Source: Gemmatimonadota bacterium
GTDB lineage: Bacteria; Gemmatimonadota; Gemmatimonadetes; Gemmatimonadales; Gemmatimonadaceae
DNA: 64,000 nt
Reading direction: 5' to 3'
Assembly (NCBI GenBank): GCA_014192065.1
Contig: BJHH01000003.1
Span: 248,751-312,750 of the forward strand
In this document: in pieces, positions 63,601-64,000 of the stretch
Layout of the letters: each line of letters begins with the position of its first letter
How positions within the stretch are numbered: position 1 is the first letter of the stretch
Program-made: the position numbers and the translations under genes
The notes under the pieces: model-generated
The model's database searches: none
What the model was told of the DNA's origin: nothing
Seen by the model: the letters and a program-made list of their open reading frames with translations, nothing else

Positions 63601-63993
63601 CACGCTCTCGCGACACTTCGTGTTGAACGCCTCAATGCCCACGCGTTCGATGTCTTGCTTGCCGCTGATGCCGAGTGCCTTCTCGACTTCGATCTCGACC
63701 GGCAGCCCGTGCGTGTCCCATCCCGCCTTCCGCGGCACGTAAAAGCCCTTCATCGCGCGATGGCGGCAAATCAGGTCCTTTACGGTGCGGGCGAGCACGT
63801 GATGGATGCCCGGGCGCCCGTTGGCGGTCGGCGGTCCGTCGTAGAACACGTAGGTGGGACGCGAACCATCGGCACCGACCGCGAGTGCGCGCGCGACGAT
63901 CTTCTCCTCGCGCCAGCGCGCCAGCAGCGTCTCCTCAAGGTCGCGCACCGAGCGGTCCGACGGCAGCGGCGTGAAGCGCGGCGGCGGCGGCAC
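60658..63993 (-). CDS. ileS: Isoleucyl-tRNA synthetase (long, type 2-like)
   Basis: 1111 aa. HIGH-type motif PTANGRPGIHHV, KMSKS motif QKMSKSRGN, CP1 editing domain and a long C-terminal extension. The GTG start at 63993..63991 is only 7 nt from the window edge, so the true start could lie outside the window. Confidence 0.95.
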   Translation of the reverse strand: MPPPPRFTPLPSDRSVRDLEETLLARWREEKIVARALAVGADGSRPTYVFYDGPPTANGRPGIHHVLARTVKDLICRHRAMKGFYVPRKAGWDTHGLPVEIEVEKALGISGKQDIERVGIEAFNTKCRESVWKYREEWERLVERIAHWLDYERPYVTYTNEYIESEWWALKTLFDAGNLYRGHKILPYCTRCGTTLSSHEVAQGYADVEDPSVYVALDLVGAVGVGDGSPSRRRIVLWTTTPWTLVSNAALAVHPDLTYVEVRKKSGREWTLILAESRAAAVLGQGWDERWELVASHKGRDLAGLRYKRPLDWVAYPEGTNHEVIVAEDFVSADDGSGVVHMSPAFGADDYAAGKRHNLAFLQPVNARGEFPADMPVIGGKFFKDADAVIIEELKARNVLWKAATVTHSYPHCWRCDTPLLYYARTSWFVRTTAFKDEMIARNAAINWNPAETGSGRFGEWLENNIDWAISRDRYWGTPLPVWECDANPEHRLAVGSFDELSTLAGRPLGDGFDPHKPYIDRWTWPCTICRSGAGSANPPDVAAVGTMQRVSEVIDAWFDSGSMPFAQWHYPFENVERVEREFPADYIAEGVDQTRGWFYSLLAIATGLGDTLPNNGAGQASPYRNVIVHDHVRDAKGQKMSKSRGNAADPWAIMEKHGADATRLFLVSSSQMWVPKNFDEQVIRDGAGRFLITLRNLYHGAFAQYANFGWAPSAADPKPADRPLLDRWVLSRLAAVEADADALLERYDATGAARVVMQFVDDDVSKWYVRLAKRRFYDVSTADNRAAFATMHEVLVTSCRLLAPFAPYVTDWMHRELTGGDSVHFAPYVRGQGAAPNVTGALGAAHADRAVALEEAMAAIRSLASAGRAARETAKVNVRQPLSKMVCVPGALSAAARVHVNALITILAAELNVKVVEFATSADALVSLEAKPNFRALGKVFGKETPKAAAVVGALGPDSLMAFERGEPVTVTVDGREHQLTAEDLTVHRKASGALVVQQDGPLFAAIDPTVTPALRAEGIARELVSRTQRLRKETGLEVSDRIILRIAGPALVTGAAETHRQWIAGEVLAHDVVITEMMPVAADDLLRGVTAVAVELDGVTAHIALSKDS

Positions 63994-64000
63994 GCTGGCC

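Overview
High-GC bacterial chromosomal core region, densely packed. About 58 protein genes and one tRNA lie on the minus strand, and only mazG is on the plus strand. In minus-strand transcription order (right to left) the window holds these blocks. (1) ileS, a DksA/TraR zinc-finger gene, lspA and rluD. (2) A membrane-anchored HExxH peptidase-like gene, then a near-consensus sigma70 promoter, a small membrane ORF, tRNA-Val(TAC) and a TPR protein. (3) A 13-gene dcw cluster: rsmH-ftsL-ftsI-murE-murF-mraY-murD-ftsW-murG-murC-ftsQ-ftsA-ftsZ, with no mraZ, murB or ddl. (4) An unknown membrane protein, ftsY, recG, a PQQ-type sugar dehydrogenase, asnS (convergent with mazG), alr, deoB and cdd. (5) An uncharacterised lipoprotein, a FadL-like beta-barrel and a REC-histidine kinase hybrid. 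(6) miaB, comEC, fbp, a methylmalonyl-CoA mutase catalytic subunit, an FmdB zinc-ribbon protein with an (SKSDG)n tail, argS, a PfkB kinase and purM. (7) An orphan beta-barrel gene fused into a rib operon (ribD-ribE-ribBA-ribH-nusB), then a GT4 glycosyltransferase. (8) A seven-gene PTS block (hprK, EIIA-EIIB-EIIC-EIID of the mannose family, ptsH, ptsI), then metK and a DUF151 nuclease. I found no CRISPR array, transposase, integrase, rRNA or recognisable defence system. My honest reading is that this is mostly an ordinary housekeeping region. The most unusual items are the complete Man-type PTS coupled to HPr kinase, the repeat-encoded tail of the zinc-ribbon protein, the uncharacterised envelope gene pair next to a REC-HK hybrid, and the promoter/small ORF/tRNA-Val unit. 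Gene content and GC suggest a Gemmatimonadota-like or related Gram-negative lineage, but this is inference only and not verifiable here. Many ORF-track entries are N-terminally over-extended or are antisense artefacts typical of high-GC DNA. I re-derived starts by hand from conserved N-termini and from stop/start overlaps.
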